Source: an uncultured Nitrososphaerota archaeon (GTDB lineage Archaea > Thermoproteota > EX4484-205 > JAAOZP01). Taken from it: DNA of 64,000 nucleotides. The notes beneath the pieces are model-generated. The model was not told the DNA's origin. It did not search any database and was given only the letters and a program-made list of their open reading frames with translations. The stretch is taken from the NCBI GenBank assembly GCA_964416155.1, contig CAYQCW010000010.1, positions 24,484 through 88,483 on the forward strand. Direction: 5' to 3'. Both the position numbers and the translations under genes were made by a program. Numbering within the stretch: position 1 is the stretch's first letter; each line of letters opens with the position of its first letter. Below, piece after piece: positions 1 through 8,871 of this stretch.

Positions 1-162
1 TTCACCGGTTTTAAGGTAATGGTTGGCACCATTGGGAAACTCTTCGAAAACCATTGGGATGCCCATTGCTTCAACCAGGCCTCCTCCCACTTTAACAGCC
101 TCCCCCACCACCTCGGGCCCAATACCATCGCCAGGCATTAAAGCAACCCTGTACGGCGACAA
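1..162 (-). CDS. Isocitrate/isopropylmalate dehydrogenase family (LeuB-like), 5' end only; runs off the window
   Basis: Not in the ORF track. Reverse-strand translation from TTG at 162 gives LSPYRVALMPGDGIGPEVVGEAVKV...FPNGANHYLKTGE, the PGDGIGPEV signature of beta-decarboxylating dehydrogenases. Confidence 0.85.
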   Translation of the reverse strand, partial: MSPYRVALMPGDGIGPEVVGEAVKVGGGLVEAMGIPMVFEEFPNGANHYLKTGE

Positions 163-209
163 AGCCGTGTTGATCTCTCGGGGTCCGAATATATGTTTTT
201 CCGGATGAA

Positions 210-917
210 CTATTCTTCAAGCCGTCTTTCAGCGCCTTCTTCCAAAACAACCTTGTAGTCCACTGTGCATACTTTGCAAACCCTGTTTTCAACAAGATTC
301 CGCAATTCCCGGAGGGACCCCACCCTGCAGTGAGCCTCAACCATAACATCCTGTTCGACAGTGTTCAGAATCCTCAGCTCCTTAAGACCCATGTTTCTCA
401 AGCCGAAGCCTAACGAGACAACAATCGTGTCGAAGCCGGATGTTTCGAAAATACTGATGATCTCTCTCAACTGTTTCTCCGAAACCATGTCCATCTCGAC
501 GACCGGTTTAACGTTTTTCAAGCCGACTAGCTGAGAAGCCTCCGCCATTCTAGAGAGCTCCGATTCAAACTCTACGAGCCTACTGTCCAGATAGTTTCCC
601 AAATTGGGGTAGAAGTATACTTCCTCAACACCATGTTCAGAGGCGAGCCTAATCTCCATCATCTTCAGCTCGACGGGTGCCAGACCAGTTGGGAAAGATA
701 TCATCGTAGATAACTTTAGACCAGTATTTTCAAGGAGGATAGCGGCCTCTCCAAGGTATACGGTGGGTATGCAGACACGCTTAACACCGTGTTTCAAAGC
801 CCCTGTGCAAACCTCGTATATGTCACTAGGCTTAACACCAGGCCTCACTCCGGAGGCGACTATTACCTCCTCAGGCTTGAAGACCCCGGCTCCCTTTCTT
901 CCAGCGTCACGCTTCAT
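210..917 (-). CDS. Deoxyribose-phosphate aldolase (DeoC)-fold protein, catalytic residues apparently lost
   Basis: Colinear with DeoC (VCIP..Y, STMISFPTG..K..E, KPVVE, SLGFG). DEIDMV reads EEVYFY, FVKTSTG reads TIVVSLG and VKASGG reads VEAHCR. Confidence 0.75.
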   Translation of the reverse strand: MKRDAGRKGAGVFKPEEVIVASGVRPGVKPSDIYEVCTGALKHGVKRVCIPTVYLGEAAILLENTGLKLSTMISFPTGLAPVELKMMEIRLASEHGVEEVYFYPNLGNYLDSRLVEFESELSRMAEASQLVGLKNVKPVVEMDMVSEKQLREIISIFETSGFDTIVVSLGFGLRNMGLKELRILNTVEQDVMVEAHCRVGSLRELRNLVENRVCKVCTVDYKVVLEEGAERRLEE

Positions 918-961
918 CCCTGATGCTTAGGAAGAGATAAAGATAAAAACTTCCAGGATGG

Positions 962-2254
962 TTGAAAATCCTGGAATTGGAGTATTTGAAACATGTTTCA
1001 GAAAGGCTTGGGCTTGAGGAGGACCCTGCGCTGGGCCTCCCGTTGCACAGGAAGACGAGCCTTCCGGTAACCCTCTGGTATAACCATGAGAAGGACAGGC
1101 TCATCCTCCTAGACCAGAATAAACTTCCCTTTGAAGTCGCTACACGGGAAATAGGCGACTGGAAGGATGGGGTTCAGGCTATAAAAAACATGGCTGTGAG
1201 AGGGTCTCAGGCTATAGGTGTTGCCGGTGCTTACACCCTGCTCGTAGGCTTCTCCCAGGCTAAGCATGGCTCAGACCCACTTGGACAGTTGAGCCAGATG
1301 GCTCAGGTAATAGCTTACGCGAGGCCCACCGCAGCCCCGTTGGCCTGGGCCACACTGCTAGCCTACAACTATTGTAAGAGGGTTTACGATGAGACTGGAA
1401 GCATAGAGAAAACCATGAATGCGTTGCGCAAAATCTCAGACTTCATACTCGTCCAAGACATGGCTTTAAACTACTATATGCGCACTTACGGCTTGAGCAT
1501 CGTCAGAAACGGCGACGTTATCATGACGCACTGCAACGGTGGAAGCCTCTCCTCCACACTGATGGGGCATGCTTTAGGCATAATAGAAGAAGCATACTCG
1601 AACGGCGTGGACGTTAAGGTTGTCTCGAAGGAGACGAGGCCGAGGAGCCAGGGATATAGGCTGACCGTGTGGGAGCTAACAAGGGTCGGGGTTCCTACAA
1701 CAATAGTTACCGACAATATGGTTTCAATATCTTTTGAGAGGCTAGGGGTGAACAAGGCTATTCTCGGGGCTGACAGAGTCGCCAGAGACGGTTCGGTGGC
1801 AAACAAGGTTGGATCAGCCGACGTTGCTAGGCTTTTCAAGTATTTCAGGGCACCCTTCTACTACGCAACCTCCTACTCGACAATATCGCTTGACGTTAAA
1901 AGGGGCAGGGACATAGAGATTGAAGAGAGAGGCATAGAAGAGGTAACATACCCTTATAGTCTGATTGCAAAGGATATGAAGAGCAGGGGGCTGGTTTCCG
2001 AGAAGGCCTTGGAGGAGTGGCCCCCTTCAGAAAGCATCGTGACGCATGAGCCTGGAGGAAAACAGGTGAGGATTTTCAACCCTGCTTTCGACGTGACTCC
2101 GCCAAGGTTCATAACGGCCATTGTAACCGACATAGGAATACTGAGGCCGACAAGCATCAGGAGGCTCACCGGTAAGAAGATAATGAGCATGGTTAAGAAG
2201 AGGATTTCAGACTTTGGGCTGGAGTTTCCAGAGGGGCTTACTGGCCTGACTTAA
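962..2254 (+). CDS. mtnA: Methylthioribose-1-phosphate isomerase (eIF2B/MtnA family), with N-terminal extension and C-terminal insertion
   Basis: LLDQNKLP, MAVRG..AIG, ARPTA, THCNGG (catalytic Cys), ETRP..QG, GADR (catalytic Asp), NKVG, NPAFDVTP. Confidence 0.85.
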   Translation: MKILELEYLKHVSERLGLEEDPALGLPLHRKTSLPVTLWYNHEKDRLILLDQNKLPFEVATREIGDWKDGVQAIKNMAVRGSQAIGVAGAYTLLVGFSQAKHGSDPLGQLSQMAQVIAYARPTAAPLAWATLLAYNYCKRVYDETGSIEKTMNALRKISDFILVQDMALNYYMRTYGLSIVRNGDVIMTHCNGGSLSSTLMGHALGIIEEAYSNGVDVKVVSKETRPRSQGYRLTVWELTRVGVPTTIVTDNMVSISFERLGVNKAILGADRVARDGSVANKVGSADVARLFKYFRAPFYYATSYSTISLDVKRGRDIEIEERGIEEVTYPYSLIAKDMKSRGLVSEKALEEWPPSESIVTHEPGGKQVRIFNPAFDVTPPRFITAIVTDIGILRPTSIRRLTGKKIMSMVKKRISDFGLEFPEGLTGLT

Positions 2255-2348
2255 AACACGCGTTTAACCCCGAGTGGCCTAGGCTTCTTACCCGGGATAC
2301 TTGTCTTTCAACAGGCATGGAAATCTTAAAAACGCTCGGTGAATAGCA

Positions 2349-2672
2349 TTGGATAGAGGTCTTGAGGAGATGGGTGAGGAAGGCGAGAAGAAAGGTGCTA
2401 CAGGGGTGGAAAAGCTGGTGCTAAAGGCGAAGACGATTCTTAAAGAGAAGAGGATCAGCCAGCTGGACAAATCCAGCTACGAGGTTAAGGGTGACCACGG
2501 GGTTTACATAGTTTCGAGAGACGCGTACGGCAACTATAACTGTAGCTGTCTAGGTTATTTGAAGAGGAGAATGTGTTCACACTCGCTTGCCGTCAGGATG
2601 TATGAGCAGAGCAAGGAGCAGAGGAAAATTTTGAAGAAGGGAGTTGTTAAGGGAGCCGGATACATCCCTTGA
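2349..2672 (+). CDS. Small SWIM zinc-finger protein
   Basis: YEVKG..GVYIV...CSC-x8-CSH SWIM motif. Start may be the ATG at 2370. Confidence 0.75.
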   Translation: MDRGLEEMGEEGEKKGATGVEKLVLKAKTILKEKRISQLDKSSYEVKGDHGVYIVSRDAYGNYNCSCLGYLKRRMCSHSLAVRMYEQSKEQRKILKKGVVKGAGYIP

Positions 2673-3339
2673 AAGAATCAGCGCCAGCCACTATCCTAAT
2701 GCTGTCAGGGGTTAGGGAATACTCAACGTCTTTTTCCAAGCCTAGTTTAACAAGCTCCGAAGCGTGAAGCGACCTCTTCACGACACCTATGTTGAGCTCA
2801 GCCATCTTCATAACCATCTCAGCGTTTCTATCACACGCCTTCCAAGGAAGGTTTTTAGCGATCAAGCCGGCGCAATAAGAGTCTTCAAGCGCCGGGGAGC
2901 CGATTTTACCCGCCGTGACGATCGCCACATTGTTGAAACCTTTTCCCGCGATATACTCCACCAGCGTGGAAAAGTTGACAACTGCTCCCACTAATACTTT
3001 TTTAGAAACCGCCGCCAGAAACCTTAGGAGCCTTGTTCCACTGGATGTGTAGAGCACAACCTTTTTCCCACCTACCTTGTCACGAACATATTCAAACGGA
3101 GAGTTTCCGAGGTGGAACATAAGGGGCTTAACGCTGTTCACCTCCCCACCCACCACTGCTTGAAGCCTATTCCCGACGGTTAGGGCCTCGTCTACAGAGG
3201 CAACCGGGATAACGCTTTCAGCACCATTAGCCAATGCTGTCAGGATGGTTGTGGACGAGCGTAAAACATCTATAGCAATAACCGCATCCGAATAAAGCAG
3301 CGAGCAGTCGATTGTCCCCAGGAGCACCCTGATCCTCAT
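2647..3339 (-). CDS. comB: 2-phosphosulfolactate phosphatase (ComB) family phosphatase
   Basis: AIDVLRSSTTI, GGE, GNSPFE, ALED..CAG motifs. Start moved to ATG 3339 (MRIRVL). Confidence 0.8.
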   Translation of the reverse strand: MRIRVLLGTIDCSLLYSDAVIAIDVLRSSTTILTALANGAESVIPVASVDEALTVGNRLQAVVGGEVNSVKPLMFHLGNSPFEYVRDKVGGKKVVLYTSSGTRLLRFLAAVSKKVLVGAVVNFSTLVEYIAGKGFNNVAIVTAGKIGSPALEDSYCAGLIAKNLPWKACDRNAEMVMKMAELNIGVVKRSLHASELVKLGLEKDVEYSLTPDSIRIVAGADSFKGCIRLP

Positions 3340-3420
3340 CCTGTTTGCAAAAGGGTTCAGTCTGTTAAAGATAAATTTTATTACTTTAACCAAGAGCTCA
3401 TTAGACCTGCATGCTTATTA

Positions 3421-4416
3421 TTAGATATAGCCGTTCTCCCTGTACCATCCTATGGTCTCCCTTAAGCCTGTCTTAAGATCGTATTTCGGCTTAAACCCGA
3501 GTTCTCCCATCGCCTTCCTGATGCTGTACGCCCTGTTTGAAGCCAGATCGTTCACAGTGCTGGTTTTCCAGGTTAAATCGACTCTCCCCCTGAGCCTGTT
3601 GAACAATTCCACCGGGGTTACAAAAGTTTTTGCGAGCATCGGTGGAACATGTATTCTAGGAGGCGGCCTGTTGCAGAGTTCAGACAATATTTCGTAAACC
3701 TCCAGGTAGGTGTATGCCCTGTCCTCGCTTATGAAATACGTCTGGTTTCTAGATGTTTCAAGCTTATCCAAAGCCAAGAGAAAACCCTGAACCGCATCTT
3801 TCACATGCACGAATTGAATAAGGTTCGCCCCATCTCCGACGATAATCCTTGTCGGAAGAGCGTTTCTAGCGAAAGCAGTGATGAACCAGTAGGAAATATC
3901 GTCGACATTCCTGGGACCATATATTCCGGAGGGTCTGAGAATAGTGTATTCGACACCTTTCTCACCGTAACTCCTAACTATTTTTTCAGCTTCGAGTTTA
4001 GACCTTCCATACTCGTAAGAAGGGTTCGGCGGGGAATCCTCCTCCGCCGGCGGGTTCTTAACAGGGCCTATTGCTTCAGTAGAGCTGCAGTATATGAATC
4101 TTTTCACACCTTTTCTTAAAGCCGCTTCCAGAAGAAGCATGGTGCCCTCCACGTTAACCCTCCTGTATATTTCTTTCTTCCCGAAGAACGTGTAGTATGC
4201 GGCAAGATGTATGACGATATTAATGTTCTCAGTAGCCCGGTTTAGGCTTTCAGGATCAGTCAGATCCCCAACCCTAAGCTCAACGCCTAGGCTTCTAAGG
4301 AAACCCGTTTCGCTGCTTTTCCTAACCATGCCGATTACACTATACCCTTTTGAAACCATTTCCTCGATTAAATGCCCACCGAGAAAGCCAGAGGCTCCGG
4401 TTACAAGTATTTTCAT
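3421..4416 (-). CDS. Extended SDR, NAD-dependent epimerase/dehydratase (3-beta-HSD/DFR-like)
   Basis: TGASGFLG, HLAA, SSTEA, YGRSK, LRPSGIYGP. ATGA overlap with the luxC-like stop. Confidence 0.9.
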   Translation of the reverse strand: MKILVTGASGFLGGHLIEEMVSKGYSVIGMVRKSSETGFLRSLGVELRVGDLTDPESLNRATENINIVIHLAAYYTFFGKKEIYRRVNVEGTMLLLEAALRKGVKRFIYCSSTEAIGPVKNPPAEEDSPPNPSYEYGRSKLEAEKIVRSYGEKGVEYTILRPSGIYGPRNVDDISYWFITAFARNALPTRIIVGDGANLIQFVHVKDAVQGFLLALDKLETSRNQTYFISEDRAYTYLEVYEILSELCNRPPPRIHVPPMLAKTFVTPVELFNRLRGRVDLTWKTSTVNDLASNRAYSIRKAMGELGFKPKYDLKTGLRETIGWYRENGYI

Positions 4417-5876
4417 GGTTTTAAGGATAGCTCTAAATCCCTACGGTAAACTATTTTGGTGAATGCGGAGAACAATGCGACACCATCGTAAGGCTCGATA
4501 GGGCTCCTCATAAACATGTCACTCAAAGGCACAACCCTATATACCCCGAGGGAAACCAGTTTTTCAGAAATCTCTTCATTCCCGTTCATCGAACACCCTA
4601 TGGTTTGGACACCGTCAACTCCTTTGAAAGCTGGTGAACTAGGAATCTTACTGATGTGCTTCAGAGCCTCGTCGACGGATTCTACAACAACTATCTCCAG
4701 AAATCTTCTACGAGTATAGATGTTGAAGGCGGGGAGGGAGTTGACCACCTCGTCCAGAAGGCTTTTCCCCCTTGACACTACTAGCGTCCAAAAATTCTTA
4801 GGGTTTTTCGAAGAAAAGACGTGAGAGCCTTTCAACTGGAAGATCCTCCTAGCAGACTGGGTGAGAAAAAGACTTGTATCGTCGAAATCAGACTCGAATT
4901 CTGAACCAATCTCTTCCAGGAACCTTTCAACAGTACGGGTGAAGGAGAGAGCGCTCTGCCAGGAGCCGATGAAAACCCCGGAGGTTGGGGAACTGCATAA
5001 CTGTTGATCGTAAAGTATCATGTTTCTCGCTAAGCCTTCAGCCGTTTTCTTGTCAGCAGACTTTTCATCTATAAGGGCGCACCCCGTCAAGGGCCCGTTT
5101 ATAACGATCTTAGGGCGATTGGGGTTTTCTGAAACCATTCTCATAACACTGGTTCTAGCAGGCTCACCCCCCCAAAAGTTCACCACGCCGATTTCTGCTT
5201 CACCAAGAAGGTATTTCAGCGAAGAACTGTCGTGCGTAAAGTAGCTTATGACGAGCGCGTCCCTCATGGTCCTCGCCGCCTCGGAGTTTAAGGCTATTTC
5301 CCACAGCGTACTAAATACTTCAACAACCCCTAAGTAGTTTGAAAGAGAGGGTTTTATGATAGTGAGGTTTCCAGTCGCGAGGGATATTGTTGAAGGAATA
5401 ATCGCGGGGAGGAGCGAGTTGCCTGAGCTTATGATGAGAACAGGTCCGGCGGGGGCGATTCTAAAGCTCTCACCATTCTTTATCTCGACGAACCTTTCAA
5501 ACGCCAGAATACTCTTAGCGGGTGAACACTCAAGGTTTTCACAGATGTTTTCCCTGCTTAAAACCATAGGGATCAGTGAAAACTCCATTTCTATAAGCTT
5601 CTCACTGTAGCCTGTTGTTCTAGCGATAATTTTTTTCAACTCTTCAAGCCTGCCGTCGTCAAGCTTCTCCCTCCATATTTTACCAATCTCACCGATTACT
5701 CTAAGCCTTTCCCGAATACCTGTTCTTGAAAGCCTCTCCTGAACAACTGGAGACATGCTAATGATCTCCCGCATGCTTCCACTGCTAATCTCCAGGATTC
5801 TGTAATGATTCTGCGTTTTCTCCACAACAGTATGCCTGTGGCTACAAAACGGCTTAAGCTCAAGCATGGTGTCCAA
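4413..5876 (-). CDS. Acyl-CoA reductase, LuxC family
   Basis: GPVLIISSGN, KPS, FWGGE, GP, YDQQLCSSP (catalytic Cys motif), QTIG, GVYRV, PYDG. TTG start abuts the luxE-like stop. Confidence 0.8.
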   Translation of the reverse strand: MDTMLELKPFCSHRHTVVEKTQNHYRILEISSGSMREIISMSPVVQERLSRTGIRERLRVIGEIGKIWREKLDDGRLEELKKIIARTTGYSEKLIEMEFSLIPMVLSRENICENLECSPAKSILAFERFVEIKNGESFRIAPAGPVLIISSGNSLLPAIIPSTISLATGNLTIIKPSLSNYLGVVEVFSTLWEIALNSEAARTMRDALVISYFTHDSSSLKYLLGEAEIGVVNFWGGEPARTSVMRMVSENPNRPKIVINGPLTGCALIDEKSADKKTAEGLARNMILYDQQLCSSPTSGVFIGSWQSALSFTRTVERFLEEIGSEFESDFDDTSLFLTQSARRIFQLKGSHVFSSKNPKNFWTLVVSRGKSLLDEVVNSLPAFNIYTRRRFLEIVVVESVDEALKHISKIPSSPAFKGVDGVQTIGCSMNGNEEISEKLVSLGVYRVVPLSDMFMRSPIEPYDGVALFSAFTKIVYRRDLELSLKP

Positions 5877-7133
5877 CTAGCGTCTACCCATTAGTTCCTC
5901 CAAGGTTCCGCCGCACGCCCTCTGAAGGCTCCAGCCCTCGTCGACACTCAGCCTCCTCACGTAAACATACTCCTTCCCGTAATACCTGTTTGAGGGATGG
6001 CTGCGCATAATGTCCCCAGGATAAAAAACTTCAAGCCAAGATGTTGTGAAAGGATTAAATACTCCGACAATACCCTCAGCATTGTCCTCTTTGACTAGCT
6101 CGAAGGTTTTAGGGTTTAGGATGAAAACCTCTGAAAGCGGATGCGGTATCTTATCCATTTCTCCAAACTTATCCAACATAGCGGTTAATGTTTCAGTCAT
6201 CCCATAAACATCCATGAAGGGAACAGCCTGAACACTCCCATCCTGCCCGCGTGAAACAAAATATTTTCTCGAGAATTCCACAATCTTATCGTAAGGCGGC
6301 AGGTCAAAGCCCTTGGTTCCTCCCCCGGTTGCGATGACGCCCCCCTTTCCAAGGTTTATCGGGAGGATTTTAAGCAGCCTGTAGACGAGCCGCTGAACCA
6401 TGTTCATATCCTCAAACTTTTTAGACAGCAAATAGACGCCGGCGGGTGCGGTGAAGAGGAGTTTCGGCTCCTCCCTGCTTCTCAGGAAACGGAGAACATT
6501 CTCCCGGTTTGGGACAAGCTTCTGCCAAGGTTTCCCATCTGTAGTTCCCTCAACCAAGTTCATACCGTAGAGAAGAGGAATTTTCTTTGATTCTAAAGTA
6601 AGATGCACGAAGGCAACGAAGTTAAGTCTGTATCTGAGCTCTGGGGCGGCCATGAAAAGCGCGATTCCCTTCCCGCTTTCAACCTCCTTCCCGTAAACGT
6701 ATTCGAAAAGAAAAGTATTGCCCCTTATCATGATCGCCAGGTCGAGAGGGCTCCTGTAGACCTTTACTGGATTAGGATTCGTCGTGCCGCTTGACATGAA
6801 ATACTCTCCATTCTCCTCCACATCTTTAATTAGAAACTGCTTATGGCCGTCTCCCCTTAGAATATCAGATGGGATTGCGAGCTTCGCTAAATCCTCTGGC
6901 TCAGCATCCCGGGGGCTTATTTCAAGCCTTTCGAAAAGCTCACGGTAATAATCACTATGTCTCGAAAAATAGATTAACGCGTCTCTAAAAATGCTCTTCC
7001 TGAGTTTGCTGAGATAGTCCGGAGACTTTGAGAAAAGGCTTTTATCATTAATTAAACTCCATATTTTTTCAACATAGGGATCTTTTAAAAGTCTGCTTTT
7101 AGAAGCGGCTTCAAATATTTCTGAGGAATCCAT
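5877..7133 (-). CDS. Acyl-protein synthetase, LuxE family
   Basis: FMSSGTT, TGGGTKG, DVYGMTE, PGD and C-terminal QRACGG cysteine motif. Confidence 0.75.
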   Translation of the reverse strand: MDSSEIFEAASKSRLLKDPYVEKIWSLINDKSLFSKSPDYLSKLRKSIFRDALIYFSRHSDYYRELFERLEISPRDAEPEDLAKLAIPSDILRGDGHKQFLIKDVEENGEYFMSSGTTNPNPVKVYRSPLDLAIMIRGNTFLFEYVYGKEVESGKGIALFMAAPELRYRLNFVAFVHLTLESKKIPLLYGMNLVEGTTDGKPWQKLVPNRENVLRFLRSREEPKLLFTAPAGVYLLSKKFEDMNMVQRLVYRLLKILPINLGKGGVIATGGGTKGFDLPPYDKIVEFSRKYFVSRGQDGSVQAVPFMDVYGMTETLTAMLDKFGEMDKIPHPLSEVFILNPKTFELVKEDNAEGIVGVFNPFTTSWLEVFYPGDIMRSHPSNRYYGKEYVYVRRLSVDEGWSLQRACGGTLEELMGRR

Positions 7134-7337
7134 AGTGTAAGATTAGGATTCCAAAATAAGATATATAAAGCTGATGCTTAAGCTAATCTGGGGTTCACCG
7201 AGTGTCGAATAACATTTTTAGACATAATGCTTGTGAAAAAGCATTGGCTTAGAAAGAGTTTTTTAATTCTGTAAAACAGTTTTAGTTTTCTACCGTAAAC
7301 CTTAAATCCACACCGCCTCAACAATCCGAGGGAGCCT

Positions 7338-7658
7338 TTGCTGAAAATAGTTGAGACGGAGCAACCCGATAAGTATACCAAGGTTATTAGCATAGTCTAC
7401 AACGACGAGGAGATCGCCAGCGGTAAAGTTTACCTAGTCGACGAGCAGGAGGCAAAAATATTCAGGCAGAAGCTTAAAAAGAAGGTGAAAGAAGGCGACC
7501 CTTACTCGGTGAAGATAATCTTTAAAAGCGAGGAGTGTGCACGGAGCCGCATGGAGGAAACTAAACGCATCATCTCAGAAAAATACAGCCAAGTTGACGG
7601 TAAACACATATTCTTATTAGTTGAAAGAAACGGAAGGCTGGAGAAAGTATCGGGGTGA
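7338..7658 (+). CDS. Hypothetical protein
   Basis: 106-aa ORF after TATA-like CCTTAAAT. GTGA overlap with the next gene. Confidence 0.65.
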   Translation: MLKIVETEQPDKYTKVISIVYNDEEIASGKVYLVDEQEAKIFRQKLKKKVKEGDPYSVKIIFKSEECARSRMEETKRIISEKYSQVDGKHIFLLVERNGRLEKVSG

Positions 7659-8293
7659 GAGAAATGGACATTGGGAAGAAATGTTTAATCATGGCTATTG
7701 CCGGTGTGATACTTGCGTCTGTTTCATCACCCTTTGTGATCAACATGCTTTTCAACGGGAAACCCATTACCATGCTTACTCCAAAGGAGGTTTCAATACC
7801 GTCTGCACCGCAGGAGTATGGGCCAATCTCCAAGGTTATAACCGGCATGGAGAAGATAATGGAGGTTCCTTTAAACCCCGCGAGAGGGGAACAGTATAAA
7901 GTGAGTCTCAACGTTGCAACTAACGGTACGATCAACGTACTGTTATTCAGGAAGAACAGTGCCAGTATTATTCAAGACAGTTTCAACGCTGGAAACCATA
8001 CCAGGGATCTTATGATAACTGCTAACGGCACGTACGTGTTGAACGCGACCACCCTTGATAATAGTGTTGTTAAAGCAAGATTCAAAATAACGGAGTCATG
8101 GTCACTCAGAGTCACAGAATGGGAGGAAAAGGTTGACATTGTGAGAACAGTGGGCCCCTCAGTAGGCTTCGCGGTTGGATTAGCCGTTCTCGTATACTCT
8201 CTGGCTAGGCTTAGAAAAGAGGCTGAAGCAGCCCGACCTGGAGCAGCCGGGGAGACTTTTAAAACGGGCTATGTGGAAGTAGAGGAAGACTAG
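7655..8293 (+). CDS. Membrane protein (N- and C-terminal TM, extracellular beta-rich domain)
   Basis: Two hydrophobic helices flank a domain with several N-x-S/T sequons (NGT, NHT, NAT). Confidence 0.7.
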   Translation: MREMDIGKKCLIMAIAGVILASVSSPFVINMLFNGKPITMLTPKEVSIPSAPQEYGPISKVITGMEKIMEVPLNPARGEQYKVSLNVATNGTINVLLFRKNSASIIQDSFNAGNHTRDLMITANGTYVLNATTLDNSVVKARFKITESWSLRVTEWEEKVDIVRTVGPSVGFAVGLAVLVYSLARLRKEAEAARPGAAGETFKTGYVEVEED

Positions 8294-8307
8294 TCGGACT
8301 CTGGAAA

Positions 8308-8871
8308 ATGGATAAGAGGGTTAAAGAAGCTTTAAACATGTTCCTGACGACGATCATGCTTCCAGTAGTAATAATAGTGGTGTCAATATCTCTTTTAAAC
8401 AGTGTTATGGGCACCAGCAGCCCGCTGGCGGTTGTGGAGATAGACATGAGCCCCTGGTATGTTAGCAGCATGTATCCAACCCTTTTCCCAGGGGACCTGC
8501 TGCTTTTAAGCGGGAAGGAGAATCTTCAGGTGGGTGATGTAGTCATCTATAGAAACCCCTATTCAGGGAAGAATATTGTCCACCGCATAATTGGGGTTAA
8601 AGTAGACCAGTATGGCGGCAAACGGTATGTTACGAAGGGAGATTACAATGCGTATCCAGACAGTTATAATCCAAGCGCTGAGGACATTGTTGGAAAATGG
8701 GTCGGTATAAAAATACACCTAGTCGGCTTCATCCTGCTGCTGGTCAACACTAGTTTCGGCAGAATAGTGCTGATTGCCCTTCTAGTAATACTGCTGCTCA
8801 TGGAGTTCATTAGAATAATCAAGGAGAACAAGGATTCTGACGATTTGAAAAAGGACCCTCGGGAGGGCTAA
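8308..8871 (+). CDS. Signal peptidase I, archaeal Sec11/S26B type
   Basis: SSMYPTL..GD, IVHRI, TKGDYN motifs, with flanking TM helices. Confidence 0.9.
   Translation: MDKRVKEALNMFLTTIMLPVVIIVVSISLLNSVMGTSSPLAVVEIDMSPWYVSSMYPTLFPGDLLLLSGKENLQVGDVVIYRNPYSGKNIVHRIIGVKVDQYGGKRYVTKGDYNAYPDSYNPSAEDIVGKWVGIKIHLVGFILLLVNTSFGRIVLIALLVILLLMEFIRIIKENKDSDDLKKDPREG

Noticed and set aside
2647-3339. comB as evidence of coenzyme M synthesis or methanogenesis
   Set aside because: ComB-family phosphatases are widespread, and no comA, comC, comDE or mcr genes are in the window.
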